Below, piece after piece: positions 18,544 through 27,120 of a stretch of 32,000 nt of DNA. A program made the position numbers and the translations under genes. The DNA is from Edaphobacter aggregans. GTDB taxonomy: Bacteria; Acidobacteriota; Terriglobia; Terriglobales; Acidobacteriaceae. The notes beneath the pieces are model-generated. The model was not told the DNA's origin, made no database searches, and saw nothing but the letters and a program-made list of their open reading frames with translations. Numbering within the stretch: the stretch's first letter is position 1; every line of letters starts with the position of its first letter. The stretch spans positions 4,590,001 through 4,622,000 of the forward strand of contig NZ_RSDW01000001.1 in NCBI RefSeq assembly GCF_003945235.1, given 5' to 3'.

Positions 18544-19979
18544 TAGCGCGAGCCTCCTTCGCTCTGCTTCCAGTTGCGGATGTCGGTGAAGTGGCCGGTG
18601 ATGGCGGCGGCGGCGGCCATCTGGGGAGAGACGAGGTGGGTGCGGCCTCCGCGTCCCTGGCGGCCTTCGAAGTTGCGGTTGCTGGTTGAGGCGCAGCGCT
18701 CACCGGGGGCGAGGATGTCGGGGTTCATGCCGAGGCACATGCTGCAGCCGGGCTCGCGCCACTCGAAGCCTGCGGTCTTGAAGATGGAATCGAGGCCTTC
18801 CTGCTCGGCTTGTCGCTTGACGGCCTGTGATCCTGGAACGACCATGGCGCGAACAGTGGTGGCGATGTGGTGGCCCTTGACGACCTTGGCCGCCGCGCGG
18901 AGATCTTCGATGCGCGCGTTCGTGCAGGAGCCGAGGAAGACGGCGTCGATCTTGATCTCTTCGATAGGGGTGCCGGGCTTGAGGCCCATGTATTCGAGGG
19001 CGCGGGCGTAGGATTTTTTGTCGGCCTCGGTGCGCGCGTCCTCAACGGACGGGACCTTGCCTTCGATGGATGTAACCATGCCCGGACTTGTGCCCCAGGA
19101 GACGGTCGGAGTGATGGTCGCGGCGTCGATGTGGAGTTCACGATCAAAGGGGGCGTCGGTGTCGGTGGGGAGAGTGCGCCAGTGGGCGACGGCCTCGTCC
19201 CATGCTGTGCCGGTTGGCGAGAAGCGGCGACCTTTGAGGTAGGCGAAGGTGGTCTCGTCGGGGGCGATCATTCCGGCGCGGGCTCCTGCCTCGATGCTCA
19301 TGTTGCAGATGGTCATGCGGCCTTCCATGGAGAGCGAGCGGATGGCTGAGCCTGCGTACTCGACGGCGTAGCCGGTGGCTCCATCGGTACCGATGCGGCC
19401 GATGATGTCGAGGATGATGTCCTTTGCGGTGACACCGTAAGGGAGGTCGCCGTCGACGTTGATGCGGAAGGTCTTGGGCTTGGACTGCGGGAGTGTCTGC
19501 GTGGCCATGACGTGCTCGACTTCGCTGGTGCCGATGCCGAAGGCCAATGCACCGAAGGCTCCGTGGGTGCTGGTGTGGGAGTCGCCGCAGACGATGGTCA
19601 TGCCGGGCTTGGTGGCTCCAAGCTCGGGCCCGATCATGTGGACGATGCCTTGCGAGGCGTCCTGCACGTCGAAGAACTCGATGCCGAACTCAGCGCAGTT
19701 TTTGCGCAGGGCGTTGACCTGATTCGCGGAGATCTGGTCGACGATGTGAAGGCGGTCCTCGGCGCTGGTGGTGGGGACGTTGTGATCGACGGTGGCGATG
19801 TGGCGCTCGGGACGGCGTACTTTGCGGCCAGCCAAGCGAAGACCATCAAAGGCCTGCGGCGAGGTGACCTCGTGGACGAGGTGCAGGTCGATGTAGAGGA
19901 TCGTCGGTTCGCCTTCGGGCTCAGCAACGACGTGCTGCTGCCAGACTTTTTCAAACAAAGTTTTCGGTGCTGTGCTCAT
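18543..19979 (-). CDS. leuC: 3-isopropylmalate dehydratase large subunit
   Basis: 478 aa. The aconitase-family motifs are [36 protein letters not shown] and CSMCLGMN. Confidence 0.95.
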   Translation of the reverse strand: MSTAPKTLFEKVWQQHVVAEPEGEPTILYIDLHLVHEVTSPQAFDGLRLAGRKVRRPERHIATVDHNVPTTSAEDRLHIVDQISANQVNALRKNCAEFGIEFFDVQDASQGIVHMIGPELGATKPGMTIVCGDSHTSTHGAFGALAFGIGTSEVEHVMATQTLPQSKPKTFRINVDGDLPYGVTAKDIILDIIGRIGTDGATGYAVEYAGSAIRSLSMEGRMTICNMSIEAGARAGMIAPDETTFAYLKGRRFSPTGTAWDEAVAHWRTLPTDTDAPFDRELHIDAATITPTVSWGTSPGMVTSIEGKVPSVEDARTEADKKSYARALEYMGLKPGTPIEEIKIDAVFLGSCTNARIEDLRAAAKVVKGHHIATTVRAMVVPGSQAVKRQAEQEGLDSIFKTAGFEWREPGCSMCLGMNPDILAPGERCASTSNRNFEGRQGRGGRTHLVSPQMAAAAAITGHFTDIRNWKQSEGGSR

Positions 19980-20680
19980 GGGTGTGCCTTCTGCTCGGTT
20001 TGTGACTTGGTGAATGTGTTTGCGCCGATGGTGGCGGGCGTTATCTGGTGCGGTGTGCCGTCAGGATCGACGAGGATGGCGTTGGTGATCTGTTGGATAA
20101 CGGTGCTGCCGGATGGCGGCTGGGCAGTCCAGCGGGCGATGCTGTGGGTCAGGGCCGCAGGAATGTGATCGGGATCGATGGGATGGTTGGCGAAGACCCA
20201 CATGGTGTATTCGGCGTCGGGCTGGTCGGGGGTCTTGTTGTCCTTGACCCAGTCGATGGCCGCGAAGACGACGAGCGGATGCGGGTTGCCGAGGTCTACC
20301 CAGAGGAGTCCGCGTGCGGGACAAAAGCGGTAGACACAGCCGGTGATGGTGACGTAACGGTTCTCGTCGGCGAGGACCTTATCGGGGACGGAGAGGAAGT
20401 CGAGCGCGGTCTCGGCGAGGGATTTATAGCCAGCCTTCTGGCTGCCCCAGAAGCTTTGAGGAGCGGTAAGGTACTGGGCAAGGAAGGGCCGAAAGCGCGG
20501 ATCGAGGACGAGCTGGTTTTCCCGGCCGTCGGGTGGCGGGGGGCTGTATTGCCAGAGCCACTCCACGTTTTCTTTTGGCGGCTTCTTCTCTTTTTTGAGA
20601 TCGGATAAAGAGATTTGGCCAATCGTCGCCATCGGCGTCAGCGTGAGGAGAACGGCGGCGAGTTGGAGATGAAAGCGCAT
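19976..20680 (-). CDS. Hypothetical secreted protein (234 aa) between leuB and leuC
   Basis: The signal-like N-terminus is [22 protein letters not shown]. It shows a strong C-ending codon bias like the core genes. Its stop overlaps the leuC start (ATGA). No family was recognised. Confidence 0.65.
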   Translation of the reverse strand: MRFHLQLAAVLLTLTPMATIGQISLSDLKKEKKPPKENVEWLWQYSPPPPDGRENQLVLDPRFRPFLAQYLTAPQSFWGSQKAGYKSLAETALDFLSVPDKVLADENRYVTITGCVYRFCPARGLLWVDLGNPHPLVVFAAIDWVKDNKTPDQPDAEYTMWVFANHPIDPDHIPAALTHSIARWTAQPPSGSTVIQQITNAILVDPDGTPHQITPATIGANTFTKSQTEQKAHP

Positions 20681-20704
20681 TCGTTATGGAGTGGAACGAG
20701 CCTC

Positions 20705-20893
20705 TTATTTATTCGACGGTGCTGAGCTCTTTGCGGCGGCGATCAGTAGAACGTTGACCAGAGTGAACAGGATCAGTCCCGAGATGACGAGCGGGACGGT
20801 TGGCGCACCGTGCAGCCAGCGGTAAAGCATGGCTGCGGTGACGGCGAGGTTCATCAAGACCAGTCTGGTGCTAGAGACCATGGGCTTGCTCAT
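20705..20893 (-). CDS. Hypothetical small membrane protein (62 aa, 2 TM helices)
   Basis: Its ATG overlaps the leuB stop (ATGA). The two hydrophobic helices are LVLMNLAVTAAMLY and VPLVISGLILFTLVNVLLIAAA. Confidence 0.5.
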   Translation of the reverse strand: MSKPMVSSTRLVLMNLAVTAAMLYRWLHGAPTVPLVISGLILFTLVNVLLIAAAKSSAPSNK

Positions 20894-21999
20894 ACGGCGT
20901 GCATTGCCTGACGGCGGTCGATGGATTCGGTCAGGGCCTGATGGACCAATTTGCCCATCTCCTGGGTGGTGACTGGCGTCTGTCCGGGATCCTGGCCGCG
21001 GGCGATGTCGGCGGTGCGGTAGCCGGCGTTGAGAACCGTGTGGACGGCTTGCTCGACGGCGCGTGCATCCTGCTCTAGATTCGCGGAGTGGCGAAGTACC
21101 ATGGCGGCGGTGAGGATCGCGCCGAGAGGGTTAGCCTTGCCGGTGCCTGCGATGTCGGGGGCGCTGCCATGAACGGGCTCGTAGAGATTGACGGCTCCGC
21201 CGATGGTGGCTGATGGCAACATGCCGAGGGAGCCGGTGATGACGCCCGCTTCATCGGAGAGGATGTCGCCGAATAGGTTCTCGGTGAGGACGACATCGAA
21301 GTTCCGCGGGATGTTCATAATGTGCATCGCCATAGAGTCGACGAGCTGATGTTCGAGGGTGACGACGGGGTAGTCCTTGGCGACTTCGGTGACGGTGGCG
21401 CGCCAGAGCTGCGAGACCTCAAGGACGTTGGCCTTATCGACAGAGGTAACTTTTTTGCGGCGCTTGCTGGCTAGTTCGAAGGCGACGCGGGCGACGCGGA
21501 CGATCTCGTCACGGGTGTAGCGCATGGTGTTGATGGCTTCGTTGGAGTCACGGTCCCACCAGCGGGGTGCACCGAAGTAGAGGCCACCGAGGAGTTCGCG
21601 CACGAAGAGGATATCGACGTCCTTCGTGACCTCGGGGCGCAGCGGGGAACTGGTGGCCAACGCTGCGTAGGCAATGGAGGGGCGCAGGTTGGCGAAGCCG
21701 CCAAGTGCCTGGCGGATCTGCAGGAGACCGGCTTCCGGGCGCTTGTCGGGCGGCAGGGCGTTGAACTGGTTGTCGCCCACGGCACCGAGCAGAACGGCGT
21801 CGGAGTCGAGCGCGGCGTCGAGCGTTGTGGTGGGCAGCGGGGAGCCGGTCTTGGTGATGGCGACTCCACCGATGAGGCCTTCAACGAAGGTGAAGTCGTG
21901 GCCGCCGAGCTCTGCTACCGCGCGGAGAATGTTGGTTGCTTGCTGCGTGACTTCGGGGCCGATGCCGTCGCCGGCCAAGACTGCAATTTTCAAACGCAT
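20890..21999 (-). CDS. leuB: 3-isopropylmalate dehydrogenase
   Basis: 369 aa. It contains MRLKIAVLAGDGIGPEV, NLFGDILSDEAG and GSAPDIAG. AAGGGATG lies upstream of the ATG. Confidence 0.95.
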   Translation of the reverse strand: MRLKIAVLAGDGIGPEVTQQATNILRAVAELGGHDFTFVEGLIGGVAITKTGSPLPTTTLDAALDSDAVLLGAVGDNQFNALPPDKRPEAGLLQIRQALGGFANLRPSIAYAALATSSPLRPEVTKDVDILFVRELLGGLYFGAPRWWDRDSNEAINTMRYTRDEIVRVARVAFELASKRRKKVTSVDKANVLEVSQLWRATVTEVAKDYPVVTLEHQLVDSMAMHIMNIPRNFDVVLTENLFGDILSDEAGVITGSLGMLPSATIGGAVNLYEPVHGSAPDIAGTGKANPLGAILTAAMVLRHSANLEQDARAVEQAVHTVLNAGYRTADIARGQDPGQTPVTTQEMGKLVHQALTESIDRRQAMHAV

Positions 22000-22049
22000 T
22001 GGATCATCCCTTGTAGTTCGAGTGCTCTGATGCCTGAGGCCAGCTGCGT

Positions 22050-23222
22050 TTAACGCGTGAGCGTTGGAGTTTTTTCCGGCTGCAGCAGGCTGATGAGGTC
22101 TTCGTCGTAGATTAACTTCTTTCGATCCGCAAGTTCGGTGAAGCGGGCGTAGATTTCGTCAATCTCCTGCTTGGAAAAGGCGTGACCGAGTTCGACAAGA
22201 CGGTGCTCCAGAGCGCGCCGCCCGGAGTGCTTGCCGAGAACGATGCTGTTTGCGATGACGCCAACGGAAGCCGGTGTCATGATCTCGTAGGTAAGAGGAT
22301 TTTCGAGTACGCCGTGTTGGTGGATTCCGCTCTCGTGCGCGAAAGCATTCTTTCCAACCACCGCTTTGTTGGGCGAGACCTTGTGGTTGACGATCTCCGA
22401 CAGCAATGCGCTGGTGGGGTAAAGCTGAGTGTTCACGATGTTGGAGGTGTAAGGCAAAACATCGTGACGAACAAGCAGAGCTGCAGCTACTTCTTCCAGA
22501 GCTGCGTTTCCAGCCCGCTCCCCGATGCCGTTCACCGCAACCTCTACCTGTCGCGCGCCGCCTTCAATGCCGGCAAGTGTATTGGCGACCGCGAGGCCGA
22601 GATCGTCATGGCAGTGCGTGGAAAAGATCACCTTCTCCATGCCCGGAAGCTGCTTCAGCATGCGGAAGATCGCGGCGTATTCGGACGGTGTGATGTATCC
22701 GACGGTGTCTGGAATGTTGATGGTGGTCGCGCCCGCCTGCACCGCGATTGTGACCATGGCGCAAAGGTAAGCGGGGTCGCTGCGTGTGGCGTCCATGGGA
22801 GAGAACTCGACATCGTCAACCAGCGAACGCGCAAGACGGACTGACTCTCCGGCGAGGTCGAGAGCCTGATCTCGCGACAGCTTCATCTGGTGTTGAAGAT
22901 GAATGTCAGAGGAAGAAAGAAACGTATGGATGCGGTTCTGCGTTGCCGGTTCAACCGCGCGGGCGGCGGACTCGATATCGATCGACTTGGCACGAGCCAG
23001 CGCTGCGATGCGCACACCTTTAACCTCGGCCGCGATGGTGCGGACCGATTCGAAGTCTCCAGTCGATGCAATAGGAAAACCTGCTTCGATGATGTCGACG
23101 CCGAGATTGGCAAGCTGGTGCGCAAAGCGCAACTTTTCTGCATGGTGCATGGTGCAGCCGGGTGATTGTTCTCCGTCGCGGAGGGTGGTGTCGAAGAAGA
23201 CGATCTTATTTGGATCGACCAT
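22050..23222 (-). CDS. leuA: 2-isopropylmalate synthase / citramalate / homocitrate synthase family enzyme, short form (390 aa) lacking the C-terminal LeuA_dimer regulatory domain
   Basis: It has the FDTTLRDGEQSPG HMGL-like TIM-barrel N-terminus and the motifs HCHDDLGLAVAN and HESGIHQHG. The ORF ends just after ELADRKKLIYDEDLISLL, where long LeuA proteins continue into the regulatory domain. Only 50 bp separate it from leuB. The exact substrate cannot be assigned from sequence alone. Confidence 0.8.
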   Translation of the reverse strand: MVDPNKIVFFDTTLRDGEQSPGCTMHHAEKLRFAHQLANLGVDIIEAGFPIASTGDFESVRTIAAEVKGVRIAALARAKSIDIESAARAVEPATQNRIHTFLSSSDIHLQHQMKLSRDQALDLAGESVRLARSLVDDVEFSPMDATRSDPAYLCAMVTIAVQAGATTINIPDTVGYITPSEYAAIFRMLKQLPGMEKVIFSTHCHDDLGLAVANTLAGIEGGARQVEVAVNGIGERAGNAALEEVAAALLVRHDVLPYTSNIVNTQLYPTSALLSEIVNHKVSPNKAVVGKNAFAHESGIHQHGVLENPLTYEIMTPASVGVIANSIVLGKHSGRRALEHRLVELGHAFSKQEIDEIYARFTELADRKKLIYDEDLISLLQPEKTPTLTR

Positions 23223-23250
23223 AGGCTTTTGTCACTCCCGATCTGGAAAC

Positions 23251-23271
23251 ATCATAATGCGGCCTTATGAT
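23251..23271. promoter_or_regulatory. Perfect inverted repeat ATCATAA-N7-TTATGAT containing a T-N11-A LysR-type box
   Basis: atcataatgcggccttatgat lies in the leuA-lysR divergent spacer. A third half-site ATCATAA lies at 23285-23291. Confidence 0.5.
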
Positions 23272-23291
23272 GGCTTCCACATGTATCATAA

Positions 23292-23320
23292 ATTCTAATT
23301 GGCGTATTCGGTACGCCTAA
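23292..23320 (-). promoter_or_regulatory. Candidate sigma70-type promoter for the leuA-like operon
   Basis: The minus strand reads TTAGGC-17 nt-TAGAAT (-35 at 23315-23320, -10 at 23292-23297). This is a pattern match only. Confidence 0.3.
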
Positions 23321-23342
23321 CACTTGCGCGGCGAGGTGAAGC

Positions 23343-24266
23343 TTGGATCTGGTCCAGATGGAGACGTTTCTCGCGGTGGCAGAAGAGCGAAGCTTCTCGC
23401 GCGCGGCGGCACGCCTCCATCGTACTCAGCCAGCGGTGAGTCAGGCAATCGCCAAGCTCGAGTCGGAACTGGGCGAAGTGCTGTTTGAGCGGTCATCCCG
23501 CGATGGGACATTGACCGACGCCGGTGAAGTGCTGCGGGAGTATGCGGCTAAGCTGCTGAATCTGCGAACCGAGGCGGAAGGTGCTCTGACGGAGCTGCGA
23601 TCGCTGCACCGCGGCAGGCTGAATCTGGCGGCTAATGAGTACACGTGCCTGTATCTGCTGCCGCTGCTGGATGAGTTCCGGCGGCAGAATCCGCGGATTA
23701 AGCTGGCGGTGCAGCGGACGCTAGCGAGCCGAATCTCGGACGAGGTGCTGATGCATTCGGTGGAACTAGGTGTGCTGTCGTTCCGGCCGGATGACGCCCA
23801 GTTGAAGTCGATGGTGGTGTACCGGGATGAGCTGGCGTTTGTGGTGAATCCGCGACACCCGTTGGCGAAGGAGGGGACGGTCTCGATCCGGCAGCTTGGA
23901 GCGCAGAACTTTATTGCCCACAATGTCTCGTCGCCACAGCGCCAGAAGGTGATCCAGACGTTTCAGCGGCACAAGACTCCGCTGCGGATGGGTGTGGAGT
24001 TGCCTTCACTTGAGGCGATCAAGCGGTTTGTGGAGATGGGCAATGGCGTCGCGCTGGTGCCAGGGCTGACGGTCCAACCGGAGATTGAGAACGGTGCGCT
24101 GGTGAAGGTGCAGATTCAAGAGCTGCAGATCGAACGCAAATTGCGGCTGGTGTACCGGAGGCAGGCAAGTCTTTCGCACGCGGCGCTGGCGTTTCTGAAG
24201 ATTGTGGAAGCTTATGCGGCTGCGCACGGAGACCCGTATTGCTTTCAACCGGAACGCGGCGTATAG
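23343..24266 (+). CDS. LysR-family transcriptional regulator
   Basis: TTG start 6 nt after GAGGTG. The N-terminal wHTH is MDLVQMETFLAVAEERSFSRAAARLHRTQPAVSQAIAKLE, followed by a LysR substrate-binding domain. It is divergent from the leuA-like gene. Confidence 0.9.
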   Translation: MDLVQMETFLAVAEERSFSRAAARLHRTQPAVSQAIAKLESELGEVLFERSSRDGTLTDAGEVLREYAAKLLNLRTEAEGALTELRSLHRGRLNLAANEYTCLYLLPLLDEFRRQNPRIKLAVQRTLASRISDEVLMHSVELGVLSFRPDDAQLKSMVVYRDELAFVVNPRHPLAKEGTVSIRQLGAQNFIAHNVSSPQRQKVIQTFQRHKTPLRMGVELPSLEAIKRFVEMGNGVALVPGLTVQPEIENGALVKVQIQELQIERKLRLVYRRQASLSHAALAFLKIVEAYAAAHGDPYCFQPERGV

Positions 24267-24380
24267 ATTTTCCGTTTTTTTCACGTAATGGAGAACATTT
24301 TGGAGCGGAATCGCGTCTGTACGAGCAGACTTATGCGCTGGAGGAGATCGTCCGGCGCACGAGCGCGAGGTGAAATTTCG

Positions 24381-24836
24381 ATGAAGATGACGATTTTTCG
24401 TAAAGCAGGGATGCAGGCGGCCATGCTGGCGCTCTGTACAAGCGCGCTGTGCACGATGCCGATGATGGCGCAGGATACAACCCCACCAGCGGCTCCGCAG
24501 GGCCAGATGGGTCGAGGCCGTGGTGGACCGGGCATGGGGAACCAGGTCGAAATGCTCACCAAGAAACTGAACCTGACGCCGGATCAGGTGACGCAGGTCA
24601 AGGCAATCGACGCAGACACGATGAAGCAGGTGGATGCCCTGCGGAGCGACACGTCGCTGTCACGGGACGACAGGCGGTCAAAGATGATGGATATTCACAA
24701 GGCGTCAACGGACAAAATTCGCGGCATTCTGACCGATGACCAGAAGACGAAGTTCGACGCAATGCAGGCAGAGATGCAGGAGAAGATGAAGGAGCGGAGA
24801 CAAGGTGGCGACGCGCCTCCTTCCCCGCCGCAATAA
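24381..24836 (+). CDS. Periplasmic Spy/CpxP-family (LTXXQ motif) protein
   Basis: The start is at MKMTIFRKAGMQAAMLALCTSALC (signal) after GAGGTG. It has two LTxxQ motifs (LNLTPDQ, ILTDDQ) and a helical, charged composition. Confidence 0.7.
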   Translation: MKMTIFRKAGMQAAMLALCTSALCTMPMMAQDTTPPAAPQGQMGRGRGGPGMGNQVEMLTKKLNLTPDQVTQVKAIDADTMKQVDALRSDTSLSRDDRRSKMMDIHKASTDKIRGILTDDQKTKFDAMQAEMQEKMKERRQGGDAPPSPPQ

Positions 24837-24881
24837 CACAAAAATACGAACACAAAACAGAATTAAGGACGGACAGAGATT

Positions 24882-24907
24882 GGCCGGAGGACACATATCC
24901 TCCGGCC
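24882..24907 (+). terminator. Rho-independent terminator candidate
   Basis: ggccggagga (24882-24891) pairs with tcctccggcc (24898-24907) around a 6-nt loop, followed by ttcttg. Confidence 0.6.
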
Positions 24908-25051
24908 TTCTTGCGCATGGTTCCCACCGATGGGGGATTGTGCGGTTACAATGAAGGGACAGTGACTAAGGCGCTCCGTAATAGCGGAAGGCGCGTTGCC
25001 TGCGGGACAGCGCACGACGTTACGGACGAATTTGAAGGGATCTAGCGAAGA

Positions 25052-25651
25052 ATGAAGAAGACGATGCTGTTGGGGGCGCTGATGCTGGTGGCGGCTGCCG
25101 GATATGCGCAGGAGAGCCGCCAGGACGCAAGCGTTAGCGTCATGGGTGTATTTGCTCCGCAGGTGAATGGAAACGCGGTACAACTCAATGCGACGAACAC
25201 AGCCGGTGTTCTGGCCAGTTACCGCTATATGCTGACACCGCACAGCGCACTCGAGTTGAATTACTCTTACGCGCAAAACTCGTATGCCTTCCGGACAAGC
25301 TTTCTGCCCAACGGACGGGTTGCTGCGCGCCAGCAGGAGATCACCGGTGCGTATATCTACAATTTCAGAAGTATTAAGAACTTCAATCCCTTCCTCGAGG
25401 CCGGTGTCGGCGGAATGATCTTCACTCCCATTCGCAACACGGGAACGAACCTGTTTGATACCAAGCAGAATACAAACGTGGGCGCTCTGTTTGGCGGCGG
25501 CGTGGCGTACGAGTTGAGCCCGAGCTTCGATATCAGGGCGGAGTACCGTGGCTTTGTGGTGAAGGCGCCTGATTTCGGGCTGACAAACTTCAAGACCAAT
25601 CGGTACGAAGTGATCTCGCTGCCCGCGGTCGGTGTTGCTTACCACTTCTAA
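25052..25651 (+). CDS. Outer-membrane beta-barrel protein (small OMP, OmpW/OmpA-barrel-like)
   Basis: The signal is MKKTMLLGALMLVAAAGYAQ. It has alternating hydrophobic beta-strand patterning and the terminal VGVAYHF ends in an aromatic residue. A terminator follows. Confidence 0.8.
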   Translation: MKKTMLLGALMLVAAAGYAQESRQDASVSVMGVFAPQVNGNAVQLNATNTAGVLASYRYMLTPHSALELNYSYAQNSYAFRTSFLPNGRVAARQQEITGAYIYNFRSIKNFNPFLEAGVGGMIFTPIRNTGTNLFDTKQNTNVGALFGGGVAYELSPSFDIRAEYRGFVVKAPDFGLTNFKTNRYEVISLPAVGVAYHF

Positions 25652-25668
25652 GTAACGCGTTTATTCGC

Positions 25669-25698
25669 AAAAGAGCCGGCACAGTCGCCGGCTCTTTT
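25669..25698. terminator. Bidirectional hairpin terminator between the OMP gene and the TerC gene
   Basis: aaaagagccggc (25669-25680) pairs with gccggctctttt (25687-25698) around a 6-nt loop. The A/T runs are part of the stem ends. Confidence 0.7.
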
Positions 25699-25723
25699 TA
25701 CGTCTGCAGAGATCGGACAGGGG

Positions 25724-26647
25724 CTAGCTTGCAGACTTGCTTGATGATCTGCCCCGGACAAGCGACAGAACGACAGTAACGGCGAGCAGGGTGAGAATGA
25801 TGGCCAGCGAAGTAAGTGGGCCGACCTCGAAGTAATGCGCCCCTAGCATCTTGATGGCAGCGAAGGCCAGGATCGCAGCCAGGCCGTAATGCAGGAAGCG
25901 CAGTGTGGCCAGCATCCCGATCAGCAAGAAGTAGAGTGAGCGCAGGCCCATCACCGCCATGATGTTCGACGTATAGGCGATGAACGGCTGGCGTGTAATG
26001 GAGAGGACCGCCGGGATGGAGTCCAGGGCGAAGACGAGATCAGTGATCTCGATGGCGATGAGCGCGAGGAAGAGGACCGTAATCATGCGGCGTCCGTCTT
26101 CGATGACGAAAAAATGATCCTGGCGCAGGCTCACTGGGTGAACTTTGGAGAGCCATTTGATCCAGCGAGGGGTGTGGTTGGGGTCCTTCTTGTCTTCGGG
26201 GATGACGAGGCGGATGGAGGCGATCAGCAGGATCGCGGCGAAGATATAGCTGATCCACTCGAAGCGGGCGAGCAGGCCGATGCCGGCGGCGATAAAGGCT
26301 CCGCGCATGACGATGGCGCCGAGGACTCCCCAGAAGAGCACCTTGGGTTGGTTGGGTTCGGAGATGTTGAAGAGGCGGAACAGAAGCAGGAAGACGAAGA
26401 GGTTGTCGATGGAGAGAGCCTCTTCAATGGCGTAGCCGGCCAGGTACTGGGTGGCCGATTCACCGCCCATCGTACGCAGGATGAATATGGAGAAGAGCAG
26501 CGCGGCGCCCACCCATAGCGTGGTCGCGGCGATCGATGTGGCCCGAATCTTCCCAGGATGCCGGCGGACGTAAATCAGCTCGATCGCAAGCAGTGCGATG
26601 ACAAAGACATGGAAGCCAACCCAGTGGGTCATGGGGGTGGTAGGCAT
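25724..26647 (-). CDS. TerC-family integral membrane protein (Alx/TerC-like)
   Basis: 307 aa and multi-TM. It contains the conserved EEALSIDNLFVFLLLF and ITDLVFALDSIPAV motifs of the TerC family. Confidence 0.9.
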   Translation of the reverse strand: MPTTPMTHWVGFHVFVIALLAIELIYVRRHPGKIRATSIAATTLWVGAALLFSIFILRTMGGESATQYLAGYAIEEALSIDNLFVFLLLFRLFNISEPNQPKVLFWGVLGAIVMRGAFIAAGIGLLARFEWISYIFAAILLIASIRLVIPEDKKDPNHTPRWIKWLSKVHPVSLRQDHFFVIEDGRRMITVLFLALIAIEITDLVFALDSIPAVLSITRQPFIAYTSNIMAVMGLRSLYFLLIGMLATLRFLHYGLAAILAFAAIKMLGAHYFEVGPLTSLAIILTLLAVTVVLSLVRGRSSSKSAS

Positions 26648-26763
26648 ATCTCTGTGATGTTACAGGGACAGTGCGGGATGGAGGCGATTCCTGTCGCAGC
26701 ATCTAGGGCCGACGGCGACGGGATGATGGTTTGGACGCTTGGGGAGGTAGCTTGCGTCCAGGA

Positions 26764-26916
26764 TTACTTCGCGCCGAGAACCATCGAGTAGACCGTGTAA
26801 ACGGCTAGTGCGAGGAATATCCAGAGGATCGAGGAGAGGAACAAGCCACGGACCATCTCGCCGACTGGATAGGCATTGAAGAAGCTGCGGGATTTGAAAA
26901 ACGTTGGTGTCTGCAT
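26764..26916 (-). CDS. Hypothetical small membrane protein (50 aa) upstream of TerC
   Basis: The ATG at 26916 has AAAGGAAG upstream. It has a single TM helix, LFLSSILWIFLALAVYTVYSMVL. The 107-aa track ORF extension is unsupported. Confidence 0.45.
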   Translation of the reverse strand: MQTPTFFKSRSFFNAYPVGEMVRGLFLSSILWIFLALAVYTVYSMVLGAK

Positions 26917-27120
26917 GTTTGCTTCCTTTCTTATCGGTGAAGCTGAGGATAAGTTGAGGATTTCGAGGTCTTCTATCCCACGAATGGGGCATTCCGTGGC
27001 TATTTTGGGTATTCGGGGTCGCCGGGGTGCGCCCCTGCCGGATGACAGGATTTCGGGTTGGGCGTAGCATGAGGCCGTGTTGCGCACGTCATTCTCAAGA
27101 TTCGAAGTAGAGGAGAGCGT

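Noticed and set aside
23223-23342. T-box or leucine leader-peptide attenuator upstream of the leuA-like gene
   Set aside because: The leader is only about 60-120 nt. It contains no small Leu-rich ORF, no T-box core sequence and no terminator hairpin. LysR-type control fits better.
24863-25645. 260-aa minus-strand ORF
   Set aside because: It is antisense to the OMP gene at 25052-25651. The OMP gene has a signal peptide, a beta-barrel pattern, a C-terminal aromatic residue and a downstream terminator. The antisense ORF has none of these and no SD.
26917-27120. Possible yybP-ykoY (Mn2+) riboswitch upstream of the TerC-family gene
   Set aside because: I could not find the conserved GGGGAGUAG and GACAUA cores or the four-way-junction layout. 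Only a vague UAGAAGACCU resemblance is present. It is kept as an unexplained leader rather than a riboswitch call.
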